From Candidatus Harrisonbacteria bacterium CG10_big_fil_rev_8_21_14_0_10_40_38 (GTDB lineage: Bacteria; Patescibacteriota; Minisyncoccia; UBA6257; 1-14-0-10-40-38), in the NCBI GenBank assembly GCA_002773535.1, contig PFAZ01000001.1, forward strand, positions 154,806 to 218,805: a stretch of DNA of 64,000 nt, in the 5' to 3' direction. Both the position numbers and the translations under genes were made by a program. Under the pieces are notes generated by a model. It had not been told where the DNA came from. It did not search any database and was given only the letters and a program-made list of their open reading frames with translations. Positions 50,040 through 59,965 of this stretch are shown one piece after another (position 1 is the stretch's first letter; every line of letters begins with the position of its first letter).

Positions 50040-50507
50040 TTACCACGAGAAGTGCGCAAAAGCTCTGTTTGCCTCCGCCATTCTGTGAGTATCTTGTTTT
50101 TTCTTGATGGCCGATCCTTCGTTTTTTGCCGCAAGAATTATTTCTTCTGCGAGTTTCTCTGCCATTGGCTTACCTTTTCTATTCCGAGCTGCAGCAATTA
50201 TCCAACGCACAGAGAGCATAAACCGCCTCTCGGGTCTTACCTCACGAGGAACTTGGTAGTTCGCGCCACCAACTCTCCTTGAAGCCACTTCTACCGCAGG
50301 AGCGGCATTTTCAAGAGCTTTTTCAAATAATGACAACGGCTGTTCATTTGTTTCTTTTTGAATTAATTCAAAAGCATCATACAAAACTTTTCTTGCAACC
50401 GCTTTCTTTCCATCTTCCATTAAATAATTTACAAAACGCGAAACAGCCACACTTTGATAAGTAAGGTCTGATTCAAAATCTCTCTTATAATTTCTTTTCT
50501 TTCGCAT
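50040..50507 (-). CDS. rpsG: 30S ribosomal protein S7
   Basis: MRKKRNYKRDFESDLTYQS...; 155 aa. Confidence 0.95.
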   Translation of the reverse strand: MRKKRNYKRDFESDLTYQSVAVSRFVNYLMEDGKKAVARKVLYDAFELIQKETNEQPLSLFEKALENAAPAVEVASRRVGGANYQVPREVRPERRFMLSVRWIIAAARNRKGKPMAEKLAEEIILAAKNEGSAIKKKQDTHRMAEANRAFAHFSW

Positions 50508-50519
50508 ATCTTGAGTTTA

Positions 50520-50930
50520 TTATTTTGGCTTTTTGGCTCCGTATTTTGATCGCTTCTGTCTCCTTGCCTCTACTCCGGCAGTATCGAGAACACCACGAAC
50601 GATGTGATACCTTACACCCGGAAGATCTTTCACTCTTCCGCCTCGTAGCAATACCACAGAGTGCTCCTGAAGATTATGTCCTTCACCGGGGATATAAGCT
50701 GTTACCTCATAACCATTTGTTAATCGAACTCTCGCAATCTTTCGAAGCGCAGAGTTTGGCTTTTTTGGTGTCTGAATTTTTACCTGAAGGCAAACACCTC
50801 TCTTAAGCGGAGAAGAAGAATCAACCGGCTTATTCAAAATTGTATTGTAATAACGCCGAAGCGCTGGAGCTTTCGGTTTTACGATCGTTCGTTTCCGGCC
50901 CTTCCGGATTAACTGCCTGATTGTTGCCAT
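50520..50930 (-). CDS. rpsL: 30S ribosomal protein S12
   Basis: [13 protein letters not shown]...KPNSALRK...; 136 aa. Confidence 0.95.
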   Translation of the reverse strand: MATIRQLIRKGRKRTIVKPKAPALRRYYNTILNKPVDSSSPLKRGVCLQVKIQTPKKPNSALRKIARVRLTNGYEVTAYIPGEGHNLQEHSVVLLRGGRVKDLPGVRYHIVRGVLDTAGVEARRQKRSKYGAKKPK

Positions 50931-50997
50931 AAATCAAATAAAAAGCGACCCAATGTCGTGAAAAGATGATAACAAATAACCGAAAACACTGTCAACC

Positions 50998-51627
50998 TCA
51001 AAAAGGAGCCCCTACGATAAGAGCGTATATCCAAAAAATTACAGGCGCTATAAAGTTAAAACCGGTCACAAAAAGCAGGAAAATGATAATAAAAAAGCCA
51101 TACTGGGAAAGAAATGCCTCGATGTGAGAATAACCTGGCGGTAGAATAGCAAAAAAAACCTTAGAGCCATCGAGTGGCGGGATGGGTATCAGGTTAAAAA
51201 CTGCAAGAGCGATATTCACTAAAACTATATGAGTGAAAGCAGTGAAGATAAAAGAATCAAAAGCTAAAAAATCTGTAGCAGAAAGAATTCTTAAAAAAGC
51301 CCCAAAAACCAGCGCCAAAGAAATATTACTAAGAGGCCCTGCCACGCTTATCAAAGCCGCCCCTTTTTTAGGATCCCTAAGGTTGTAAGGATTATACGGA
51401 ACCGGTTTTGCCCAACCGATAATCGGCGCGTGTGATATTGCAAGAATAAGTGGCAAAAGAAAAGAACCTATAGGATCAAGATGTTTCAATGGATTTAGCG
51501 TAAGCCGCCCCATATCGCGAGCAGTTGTGTCCCCAAGTCGCAAAGCAACAACCCCATGAGATACCTCATGGATCATAACGGAAAATATTAAAACTATTAG
51601 CTCAAATGCAAGGAAAGTATATTCCAT
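50998..51627 (-). CDS. M50-family (site-2 protease-like) membrane metalloprotease
   Basis: HEVSHG HExxH within TM1; four TMs; 209 aa. Confidence 0.7.
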   Translation of the reverse strand: MEYTFLAFELIVLIFSVMIHEVSHGVVALRLGDTTARDMGRLTLNPLKHLDPIGSFLLPLILAISHAPIIGWAKPVPYNPYNLRDPKKGAALISVAGPLSNISLALVFGAFLRILSATDFLAFDSFIFTAFTHIVLVNIALAVFNLIPIPPLDGSKVFFAILPPGYSHIEAFLSQYGFFIIIFLLFVTGFNFIAPVIFWIYALIVGAPF

Positions 51628-51712
51628 ACTTGTTTATCCACAACGCCCAAACTAGGCAATGTTACAATACACTCTATCATATAAATACAAACTCATTAAC
51701 CTTTATAAACCT

Positions 51713-52063
51713 ATGGAAATACAAGAAGTCTTTTCGAGAATGCATGATAAAAACAAAGAGCTAAGAGAATTAAAAAAGATATACAAAGACACATTAGCCT
51801 CAAATTCAAATTATCAAGAACTACTAGAAAAACTAAAAGAAATAAAGGAGCAAAAGAAAAGAACTGAAACAATTGTCTCTAATGAACTAGCCACTGAAGT
51901 TGAAAAAATCGAAACCCTTAAACGCGGCATTGCGGATGACAAACAGCTTCTCTCCGATATGTCATGGAACTCTATCGTCAAAGGTGAATCAATCTCTGTA
52001 GTGGGACCCGATGAACACCCCTACGACCCAATCTTTGCTGTCCGCTTCCAGAAAAGAAAATAA
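51713..52063 (+). CDS. hypothetical coiled-coil protein
   Basis: Internal ATG at 51713 chosen; Lys/Glu-rich helical. Confidence 0.4.
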   Translation: MEIQEVFSRMHDKNKELRELKKIYKDTLASNSNYQELLEKLKEIKEQKKRTETIVSNELATEVEKIETLKRGIADDKQLLSDMSWNSIVKGESISVVGPDEHPYDPIFAVRFQKRK

Positions 52064-52081
52064 AACCATTCACCGCAGTCG

Positions 52082-52900
52082 TTACAAAGGGCTCTTAATA
52101 TTTTTTAATCGTGGGTTTGTTACCTGCGCATATACTTGAGTTGTCCTTATACTGCTATGTCCAAGTAGCTCCTGTACATACCGAACATCTGTCCCATTTT
52201 CCAACAAATGAGTAGCAAAAGAGTGTCGTAAAGAATGAAACGTTGCGGGTTTGATAACTTTTGCCCCCACCAAACTTTTACGAAACATTTTTTGTAAAGA
52301 TGTAGCTGTTAGTTTACCGCCACGATTAGAGGAAAAAATAAAATCATCGGCACGTTTTCCCGCAATGATATTACGGAGGGAATCTTGCAGTTTTTCCGAC
52401 ATAACGCTGATCCGGTCTTTTTTACCTTTTGCTCCTTTGATATACACGGTGAATTCGTCAATACTTAGATCGGCGACTTTTAACTGCACAACTTCGCTTA
52501 CCCGCAGTCCGGACGCGTAACTCAAGGCGATCATTATCCGATATTTTGCGTTTTCGGTGGCGTTGATAATTTTCTCAATTTCTGCCCGCGACAACACGAT
52601 TGGTAGTTTTTTATTTTTTTTTGCAAATTTTAGGTCAATCTTCTGCGGATCTTTTAAAACTTCTGCATATAAAAATTTTACCGCGTTAAGTGCAAGGTTG
52701 ATTGTCTGCGGAGATTGTCCACGTTTGTGTTTATCAAGTAAAAATTCCTCAATTGCTTTTTGTTTGTCTTTGACTCCTTCTCTCTTAGAAAAGCTGATAT
52801 ACTCCTTTATGTAGAGCATGTATGCGTTGCGGGTCTTTAGGGAGTAGTTGCGGAGCCTCAAAACCCGCTCGGTCTTATCCAAAATATTCTCCATAAACAA
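52082..52900 (-). CDS. tyrosine recombinase (XerC/XerD/phage-integrase family)
   Basis: C-terminal catalytic box HSLRHSFATHLLENGTDVRYVQELLGHSSIRTTQVYAQV (R...HxxR...Y). Confidence 0.85.
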   Translation of the reverse strand: MFMENILDKTERVLRLRNYSLKTRNAYMLYIKEYISFSKREGVKDKQKAIEEFLLDKHKRGQSPQTINLALNAVKFLYAEVLKDPQKIDLKFAKKNKKLPIVLSRAEIEKIINATENAKYRIMIALSYASGLRVSEVVQLKVADLSIDEFTVYIKGAKGKKDRISVMSEKLQDSLRNIIAGKRADDFIFSSNRGGKLTATSLQKMFRKSLVGAKVIKPATFHSLRHSFATHLLENGTDVRYVQELLGHSSIRTTQVYAQVTNPRLKNIKSPL

Positions 52901-53093
52901 AGAATAGCAAAAGTTTGCATAACAAACAAGATATTGTTACAAAATAGGTTTGTAGTTCGGATAAAAACCAGTTGTACGAAATTCCGACTAGTAAATGAAG
53001 TGGTTTGAAAGTTTGTGCAAACAAAAAAGCACGTCTTTGAAACAAACTTCTATTAGTAACCCGTCGGAACTGTCGTACAACACTGTGTATCTG

Positions 53094-53633
53094 GTTCCAC
53101 AAATGAGAAATTCTTGATTATTTTTTTACATTTTGATTGGGCTTTTTACAATTTTTGCTCTCAAAAAGAAAAAGGCCACCGATGTTACTCGATGGCCTTG
53201 GGTTGGGATCTGCTCGTGGCGGGCGGGCGGCTCACCACATCTCGTCCATCTCCCGCTGGGCGAGCCTGTTCGCGGGGATGAGTCCCCACTCCTCGGGCAT
53301 GTCGTCTCCGACGTCCAGCCCGGGGCAGTCGGGCTTCTCGACAAAGATGTGTTTGCCATTGACCTCGCGAACGAGGCCGCCACCTTGGGTTCCCCAGACG
53401 GGGTAGCTGTAGGTACGATCCGTGCTCATGTCGATCCTCCTCGAGGGTTTGTGAAAGAGCAGATCCCGCCAACAGCGAGAGTCTGACCTTTCGGGTGAAA
53501 AGTAGCTTCATGCACTGTTGAACTCTAAATAATAGCATTTTTGAGAGCGTCTGTCAATAGTCCAGCAACACAAAAATTGCAAAAAGCCCTAAATTAAGGT
53601 AAAATAATCAAGAATTTCTCATTTGTTTCACCC
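53094..53633. mobile_element. TIR-bounded ~540-bp cassette with high-GC core (MITE-like passenger element or recombinase-associated invertible segment)
   Basis: Left end 53094-53157 and the reverse complement of right end 53571-53633 share ACAAATGAGAAATTCTTGATTATTTT (26/26) and GGGCTTTTT(A/G)CAATTTTTG. The interior, about 53160-53560, is strikingly GC-rich relative to the flanks. Confidence 0.45.
53232..53429 (-). CDS. 65-aa protein encoded in the high-GC core
   Basis: ATG preceded by a GAGGAGGATCGAC SD. Codons are almost all G/C-ending (MSTDRTYSYPVWGTQGGGLVREVNGKHIFVEKPDCPGLDVGDDMPEEWGLIPANRLAQREMDEMW). Confidence 0.5.
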   Translation of the reverse strand: MSTDRTYSYPVWGTQGGGLVREVNGKHIFVEKPDCPGLDVGDDMPEEWGLIPANRLAQREMDEMW

Positions 53634-53709
53634 AAATTTTGCTTCGTTTCACTCCGCAAAACTTCAGATACACAGGAACGTTATGCAAAATTCAGCTAAC
53701 CACGCAAAC

Positions 53710-54351
53710 CTAAACCTCAAAACTTTCTCCCACCTCCGGCACTAAAAACTCAACCCCCTTCTCTCTCAAAAGTTTTTCTGCCGTTCTATAAAACGGCTCC
53801 GGTCTCAAAAGAATCGCGTCATGAATGGGAAAACACTTTTTTGGCGCGACAGATCTCGCAAATTCAACCACCTCCGAAATCTTCGCCCACGGCGCCGCAA
53901 TCGGTAAAGCTAAAACCGAAACCGGCTTTTTTGGCGCTAAAAAAACATCACCGGGAAAATACAATTTTTCCGCAACAAGAAAACCAATATTTTTTACCAA
54001 AGGGATTTCAGGATGAATCTCGGCATGCACCTCTCCAAATCCTTCAACTAAAACATCGGCAATTTTTATACTCTCGCCAGAACCGGAAACCGAACAAGGT
54101 ATACCCTCTTCAGTAAGAATTTTACAAACAGACTCATTTGAAAAAATTTTAACCTCCGAATTTTTCAATACAATCCCTTTTACAAAAGGAATATTTATGT
54201 GATCAGCATGCTCATGAGAGATAAGAACTGCTGAAATATTTGAAACTTCTTCAAACCCTTCCGTAAATACACCAGGGTCGGTTATGATCCTTGCCGCACC
54301 TTCCTCGATAAGCAGGCACGAATGACCAAGTTTTGTAACTTTCATACTCAA
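53710..54351 (-). CDS. MBL-fold metallo-hydrolase
   Basis: ISHEHADHINIP HxHxDH motif. Confidence 0.75.
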   Translation of the reverse strand: MSMKVTKLGHSCLLIEEGAARIITDPGVFTEGFEEVSNISAVLISHEHADHINIPFVKGIVLKNSEVKIFSNESVCKILTEEGIPCSVSGSGESIKIADVLVEGFGEVHAEIHPEIPLVKNIGFLVAEKLYFPGDVFLAPKKPVSVLALPIAAPWAKISEVVEFARSVAPKKCFPIHDAILLRPEPFYRTAEKLLREKGVEFLVPEVGESFEV

Positions 54352-54557
54352 ATAATATCACGCACAGCACAAACCCTCAAAAACCCTTGTTTTCTAAATC
54401 AAATCCCAAAAACGAGAAACTTCACTTGACAATACATCAGATACTATAATAGTATATGACCAAGCTTTTGGATCGCCCGAAAGCAAGTATAGTTCTTTCG
54501 AAGGAGAACCACTCATATGAACGCCGCGAAGAGCTACTAGATTTTTGAGGTCACATC

Positions 54558-54608
54558 GGCCTGACCCCTTACGTCATCACTGCAGAGTGAAACGTAAGGG
54601 GTCTTTTT
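54558..54608 (+). terminator. intrinsic terminator-like hairpin
   Basis: GACCCCTTACGT...ACGTAAGGGGTC followed by TTTTTTT; followed by a TTGACA...TATAAT-like promoter at about 54618-54650. Confidence 0.45.
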
Positions 54609-54681
54609 TTCAAAAATTTGACAAAAAATTAAAAGTATATAGAATATAATCAGCCCTGAAAACAAACTCAACTGAGGTAAA

Positions 54682-54840
54682 AATGTTATTAGTAAAAAGA
54701 AAAAAAACCGATGAATTATCGGGTCGATCAAAAAATTGGATCACCGATCACGTAATTGTTTTTTTCACCCTATTATTCATTTCAATAACTACAATCACTA
54801 CATTGTTTTTTGGCATAACGTTTATATTCTCCAAAATATA
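54682..54840 (+). CDS. small membrane protein (tentative)
   Basis: GAGGT SD; MLLVKRKKTDELSGRSKNWITDHVIVFFTLLFISITTITTLFFGITFIFSKI. Confidence 0.35.
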
Positions 54841-54857
54841 AAAATACCCCAAAACCA

Positions 54858-54890
54858 AAACCCCGTCTTCACAAGAAGTCGGGGTTTTTA
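54858..54890 (+). terminator. rho-independent terminator
   Basis: AAAACCCCGTCTTCACAAGAAGTCGGGGTTTTTA. Confidence 0.6.
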
Positions 54891-54945
54891 GCTATCAGTT
54901 ATTAGTTTTCGGTTTTCAGTTGTAAGTTGTAAGTCTTAAGTTATC

Positions 54946-55902
54946 TTATGGCTGCAAAATATCCTCTATTCTTCCATCAATCGAAATCACAACACTGTTT
55001 ACAGTTGAAAACTGTTTCAAAGTTTCCGTGATCTGCGAACGAATTGCAGCTACGCGACATGAACCACCAACCTGCGAATCAAGTTGTGAGTTAAGATCAA
55101 CTTTTGCAACTCCATTTGAAATACTAAGTGACTGGACTACAACACCAGGATTGATTGCCGTTTCATATCCTGCCGCCGTTTCAGATGCTGAAGGCCCTTT
55201 AAACAATTCCTCAAGAGCGGCTTTACCAACTCCAGAAGTCTTTGGGATGGCACGTGTTACAGAAAAGACTTTTTCGCATGTAGTATCCTGTGGCGCAAGT
55301 TTCGAATTTGTAAAGTATGCAACAACACTCATCGTCGAAGTCGCAGCAGAAACAGTTGGCTTCGGTGAAGATGTTTGTTGCTGAACTGGTGTTCCTTTTG
55401 GAGACTCTCCCATTGCTTCCTCACCGATTACTAGCGGTATTCGAAGTTCGTCATCGTTCTCAGGAAGTCCGGACGGATTATCCTTCTGAAGAACTAGCGT
55501 TGCATCACCCGTATATGATTCATCAAATTCCAGCGTAGCTGTAAATGGAACAAAATCTTCTGTCATCCATTCACCTTGTGCTTCCGCTGGTGTCACCGCA
55601 AGCTCGTTTCCATCCGAGTCAAGAAGTTTTACAGGGAAAGATGCCTCAAAATACCAAGTGCCCCTAGCTTCACCATCAACAGTAAGCGGACTGGAAACAG
55701 TTGCTCCTGATTCCGGCGACGTTACACGAATAAGATCAGACTTATCCGTGTCCGGAGAAGAATTGAATAATAGATATCCAAGGCCAATGAAAACAATAAG
55801 ACCTCCGATAACATATAAAGTACTCTTTGTGTTTTGGTTCATATGCCTTTTGTTAATGATTAATTCCCCTCTAATGTGCCTCACATCAACCCTTCCTGTC
55901 AA
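54946..55902 (-). CDS. membrane-anchored secreted protein (Ser/Thr-rich linker)
   Basis: TM anchor STLYVIGGLIVFIGLGYLLF followed by a beta-rich ectodomain; 318 aa. Confidence 0.5.
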   Translation of the reverse strand: MTGRVDVRHIRGELIINKRHMNQNTKSTLYVIGGLIVFIGLGYLLFNSSPDTDKSDLIRVTSPESGATVSSPLTVDGEARGTWYFEASFPVKLLDSDGNELAVTPAEAQGEWMTEDFVPFTATLEFDESYTGDATLVLQKDNPSGLPENDDELRIPLVIGEEAMGESPKGTPVQQQTSSPKPTVSAATSTMSVVAYFTNSKLAPQDTTCEKVFSVTRAIPKTSGVGKAALEELFKGPSASETAAGYETAINPGVVVQSLSISNGVAKVDLNSQLDSQVGGSCRVAAIRSQITETLKQFSTVNSVVISIDGRIEDILQP

Positions 55903-55976
55903 ACCTTGAAAAATATCTCAAATGTTTCATAAAATAACACCCTCACAAATAAAAATAAACTTCAAAACATAAATAT

Positions 55977-56210
55977 TTATTCAGATACTTCGTCTTCCAG
56001 CTCTTTTTTGATTTCTTCAAACTCATTTTGGACTTCTTCCATTTCAGTCCTCAAAGCTTTCACAAGCTCAGCGCCTGTCTTTGCTTTTTCAAGACCTGCT
56101 TCAAGATCAACATCATCACTGTCCTCAAACCAAGAAACAATATCCTCAAGTTTTTTTAAATTATTTAAAAGTTCTTCACGTTTCTTTTTCATAAGATTTT
56201 TTTTCATCAA
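55977..56210 (-). CDS. xseB: exodeoxyribonuclease VII small subunit
   Basis: 77-aa helical acidic protein with the LEDIVSWFEDSDDVDLEAGLEKAKTGAELVKAL pattern; overlaps the xseA end. Confidence 0.7.
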   Translation of the reverse strand: MMKKNLMKKKREELLNNLKKLEDIVSWFEDSDDVDLEAGLEKAKTGAELVKALRTEMEEVQNEFEEIKKELEDEVSE

Positions 56211-57321
56211 TATTTAAAACCGACGCCGAAAATTCTCCCCTATGAAGTTTTACCAAAACTTCATCTTGCGCTTTCAAAGCATTTGCCTGTTTCAAAATTT
56301 TACCAAATTGAAAAACGAGGCTATATCCACGTTTCAGATTTTCTTCCGGATTTACCGCTTTCAGATATGCCTCTTTTGCATCCAGTCTTTCTTTCAAAAG
56401 AAGAACTTTATTCTCAAATCCCGAAATTATCGTGTCAGATGATCTGTTTATTTTCAGAAGCACAGAATCAACAACATAGCCAATTGCTCCCGATAATCTC
56501 TCGGCATATCTGGGAAACATGGACAAGACTCTCTCCCAGCTCTGATTTACAAGATGAGCCGCTGCGGTAGGAGTAGAGACAGAAACGTCAGCCACAAAAG
56601 ACGCAATAGGAACATCAACGTGGTGCCCTATAGCGGCTATAGTCGGTATCTTCGACGCAAACACAGCGCGCGCAGTAACTTCGTTATCAAATGCTTGCAA
56701 ACTCTCAAGACTCCCGCCACCACGCATTATTATTAGCGCATCAATATCTTTTCTTTGTGAATTAAACCAATTTATTCCCGAGACAATCTGTCCCATCGCC
56801 TCCCTTCCTTCAACTCGAGCATCATAAAGATAAACCTTTATTCCAAGAGCTCTTAGATTATGCGCAAAATCTTTTGAAACAACACCACCTAAAGAAGTTA
56901 TTATGCCGACACTTGATATGCACTCCGGAAGTTCTCGCTTTTGTTCAAACAATCCCTCTTTTTTGAGTTGACGTTTTAAAAGCTCATAAGCTTGTCTAAG
57001 AGATCCCTCGCCAATAGGTTCGATAGAGCTAACAAAAAAACCAAAATTCCCGCTTCGTTTTGTTATATGTGGCCGTCCCCCAACTTTCACAACCATCCCC
57101 TCAGAAAGCGCCACTCCGATCCTATTAAAAACCGCTGATGACAAAAAACACGAAAGCGTCCCATCCCCCTCCTGATCCCTTAGAGTCAACGAAACCCACT
57201 GCCCACTCTGTCTAAAAGAAGAAATTTCACCTACGACAAATATCCCCGAAAATTCCCGCAGAAGTTCCGAAACACGATCAAGAAAAACCCCTACAGAATA
57301 AGTTCGAAAATCGTCATTCAT
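56176..57321 (-). CDS. xseA: exodeoxyribonuclease VII large subunit
   Basis: N-terminal OB-fold (FVVGEISSF) and central catalytic region; 381 aa. Confidence 0.8.
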   Translation of the reverse strand: MNDDFRTYSVGVFLDRVSELLREFSGIFVVGEISSFRQSGQWVSLTLRDQEGDGTLSCFLSSAVFNRIGVALSEGMVVKVGGRPHITKRSGNFGFFVSSIEPIGEGSLRQAYELLKRQLKKEGLFEQKRELPECISSVGIITSLGGVVSKDFAHNLRALGIKVYLYDARVEGREAMGQIVSGINWFNSQRKDIDALIIMRGGGSLESLQAFDNEVTARAVFASKIPTIAAIGHHVDVPIASFVADVSVSTPTAAAHLVNQSWERVLSMFPRYAERLSGAIGYVVDSVLLKINRSSDTIISGFENKVLLLKERLDAKEAYLKAVNPEENLKRGYSLVFQFGKILKQANALKAQDEVLVKLHRGEFSASVLNIDEKKSYEKET

Positions 57322-57327
57322 AAAATA

Positions 57328-57582
57328 TTAGTTTTGCCCTTCTTCTGTTTTTTCTTCCTCTTCGATTGGGGAAACACGAACCCTCTCACCGGGTTTTGGT
57401 TTTTCAGGTATAACAAAGACAAGTAAAATATACGCGAGTATCCCTGGAAAAACTCCGGTTATTATGCTCAAAAATACATACCCCGCTCTAATCAAAATAG
57501 GATCAACCCCAAAGTATTCTCCAATGCCACCCATGACACCTGAAAAAACTTTATTGTCCTTGCTTTTATATAACTTTTTCAT
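57328..57582 (-). CDS. PspC-domain membrane protein
   Basis: VFSGVMGGIGEYFGVDPILIRAGYVFLSI matches the PspC motif. Confidence 0.65.
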   Translation of the reverse strand: MKKLYKSKDNKVFSGVMGGIGEYFGVDPILIRAGYVFLSIITGVFPGILAYILLVFVIPEKPKPGERVRVSPIEEEEKTEEGQN

Positions 57583-57700
57583 AGTTTTAGTTTTTATTTT
57601 TCAGATTTAAGTCATCATTTAGATCTATTAACAATTTCCAATATAACCCATAATTTATGTTTTTAGTTGTAAGTTATAGGTTGTAAGTTATTCCACCATT

Positions 57701-58432
57701 CTATGCTCCAATGCTATGCGAGGCAAGAAAAGACACGATAATCGAAGCAGTTTCCGCTCTTAAAGTAAGTTCTCCTAAACTAACAAAAAAAAGTTTCCCA
57801 GGTGTCCTCGATGTATAAGATTTAGCAACCACAACCTCATTTGAAGACCACCCTCCCTCGGGACCCACGAAGACACCTATATTTTTTTTATTTCTTAAAA
57901 TTTTCTTAGAAAAAAAATCTTCCACAGAAACATCAAAAAAAAGATTTATATCATGCCGCGAAGACATCTGCAGAGCATGGGGCAAAGACATTGTCGGTAA
58001 AAGTTTTGGCACATACGCTCTCCCAGATTGCTCGGCTGCCTCCTGGATAATCTTTTGAATCCTCTCCTCCTTAAATCTTAATTTTTCTGTCCGGTCACTA
58101 AGTATGGGCACAATCTCAGCTACACCACATTCAACCGCTTTCTGAACTGCAAACTCAAAATGATCATGCTTAATAAGCGACGCATAAAGAGTAATAAGCC
58201 GCTCCGTCTCACGATCAACATTTTCATGAGAGAGCGCAACAAGCTCAACACCATCTCTAAGAAATGATGTGATCCTTGCAGTCACTTCAACTCTTGTATT
58301 GTGAGCAAGTACGAGGCTATCTCCTTCGCGAAGTCTCAACACGTCTTTTACTTGATGACGAAAAGAATCATCGGTTATTTTTATAACCGACTGTGATAAA
58401 TCAAACTCAGCAAAAAACCTATGCAGTCTCAT
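57701..58432 (-). CDS. rsmE: 16S rRNA (uracil1498-N3)-methyltransferase
   Basis: MRLHRFF start, PUA-like N-terminus and C-terminal SPOUT fold; 243 aa. Confidence 0.75.
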   Translation of the reverse strand: MRLHRFFAEFDLSQSVIKITDDSFRHQVKDVLRLREGDSLVLAHNTRVEVTARITSFLRDGVELVALSHENVDRETERLITLYASLIKHDHFEFAVQKAVECGVAEIVPILSDRTEKLRFKEERIQKIIQEAAEQSGRAYVPKLLPTMSLPHALQMSSRHDINLFFDVSVEDFFSKKILRNKKNIGVFVGPEGGWSSNEVVVAKSYTSRTPGKLFFVSLGELTLRAETASIIVSFLASHSIGA

Positions 58433-58454
58433 AAAACCGCTTTACTAAGAAAAA

Positions 58455-58694
58455 TCACTTTTCTCCGACGTGAAGCAACCTCGAAAGCTCTGCTTGATCA
58501 AAACCAACAACTATATTGCCATCAACATCGATAACTGGCACACCAAGCTGACCTGATTTATTTATCATCTCATCACGCGCTTTTTCATCAATCGCAACAT
58601 CTTTCTCTTCATATTTCACTTCGTTTTTCTTAAAAAACTCTTTTGCCATCTTGCAATATGCGCAAGTTGGAGTTGTGTAAATTGTAACGCTCAT
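58455..58694 (-). CDS. glutaredoxin-like protein (NrdH/YruB type)
   Basis: TPTCAYCKMAKEFF CxxC; 79 aa. Confidence 0.8.
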   Translation of the reverse strand: MSVTIYTTPTCAYCKMAKEFFKKNEVKYEEKDVAIDEKARDEMINKSGQLGVPVIDVDGNIVVGFDQAELSRLLHVGEK

Positions 58695-58767
58695 AAATTT
58701 AAATTTAATTGGAAAAATAAAACGACCTTTCCCAAATCAAGATAATTTTAATACAAAATGAAAAAAA

Positions 58768-59058
58768 TCAAAACCCAAACTTTTCCTTTGGCTGTTCCGC
58801 CGCAGTAACTGGCCCAAACTTTTCTTCATATATCTTCATGTTTTCAGAAAGAGCATGAAGCATCCTTTTTACATGTGCTGGGTTCATAACAACACGTGAA
58901 GCAAGAACTCCTTGGTTTCCCACTACGTTAAAAAAATCCATTACAAACTCTTCACCTGTATGCATCACCTGCATAATGTTTGAATACACACCTTTAAGGT
59001 CTGCATCCGTCGCTCTGATTTGAATATTGTGATTATGTTGTTGTTTATTTTGTTCCAT
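58768..59058 (-). CDS. DUF3467-family protein
   Basis: Internal ATG at 59058; the ...NIMQVMHTGEEFVMDFFNV... pattern. Confidence 0.55.
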   Translation of the reverse strand: MEQNKQQHNHNIQIRATDADLKGVYSNIMQVMHTGEEFVMDFFNVVGNQGVLASRVVMNPAHVKRMLHALSENMKIYEEKFGPVTAAEQPKEKFGF

Positions 59059-59191
59059 AAGAAAAACATTACACGAAAACAGGGGAAATTTAAACAAAAA
59101 AAATCAAATCCAAAATTCCCAAAAAATTCCAAATCCAACACCTCAAAAAAACAAACAAAAATAACCAAACCATCACCCACCTCACACACAA

Positions 59192-59235
59192 CCCACCTAA
59201 CAGTTTTTGACGATCGTCAAAAACTGTTAGGTGGG
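59192..59235. repeat. 44-bp perfect palindrome CCCACCTAACAGTTTTTGACGATCGTCAAAAACTGTTAGGTGGG + TTTT (copy 3, variant flanks)
   Basis: Read directly. Shares the TTTTGACGATCGTCAAAA core with the other two copies, but the arms differ and are still self-complementary. Confidence 0.6.
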
Positions 59236-59270
59236 TTTTCCTCAACTATAAATCTCGCCCCTTCCTTTTT

Positions 59271-59825
59271 TCAAGCACTGCTTTCCCTGCCCTCTTTCAA
59301 AAGTTCTGTAAATCTATCTTTGAGTTTCTTTAGTTTTGGGCTTATTACAACCTGACAATAGGGTTTAGAAGAATTGTTTTTATAATACTCCTGATGATAC
59401 CCCTCTGCTTTATAAAAATGATCCAATGGCCTTACTTCTGTAACCACGTCTCCCTCTTCTTCTTTTGAAGCGTCTAATTCCTCAATAAACTTCTCGGCTT
59501 CTTCTTTTTGACTCTCGGTTGTGTAAAAAATAGCTGACCTGTATTGAGTGCCCACATCAGCCCCTTGTTGATTCAACGTCGTTGGGTCATGCGTAGCAAA
59601 AAATACAGTCAGCAAATCCCTATAAGAAATCACTGCCGGATCATACTCAATCCGTATCACTTCGGCATGCCCCGTCTTACCGCTCGAAACTTCCTCATAA
59701 GTCGGGTTTTCTGTATGCCCACCGGCATATCCACTCGTAACAGAATGCACCCCTTTCAGTTCCCCAAAAACTGCTTCAGTACACCAAAAACATCCACCTC
59801 CAAAAATTGCAATTTCTAAATTCAT
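59271..59825 (-). CDS. msrA: peptide methionine sulfoxide reductase MsrA
   Basis: GGGCFWCTEAVF active-site motif; ends with TGA at the expected length. Confidence 0.9.
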   Translation of the reverse strand: MNLEIAIFGGGCFWCTEAVFGELKGVHSVTSGYAGGHTENPTYEEVSSGKTGHAEVIRIEYDPAVISYRDLLTVFFATHDPTTLNQQGADVGTQYRSAIFYTTESQKEEAEKFIEELDASKEEEGDVVTEVRPLDHFYKAEGYHQEYYKNNSSKPYCQVVISPKLKKLKDRFTELLKEGRESSA

Positions 59826-59965
59826 ATAAAAAATATAACTCGAAACAAAAAAACAAAAAAGAGGATGAAAGTAAGAGCAAAAATAAATAAAGCAAAATCA
59901 AACAAAACGACCAAAAGCTTAAAGCAAAAAATCTTAAACACCAAAACTCACCAGAAAAACCCTAC

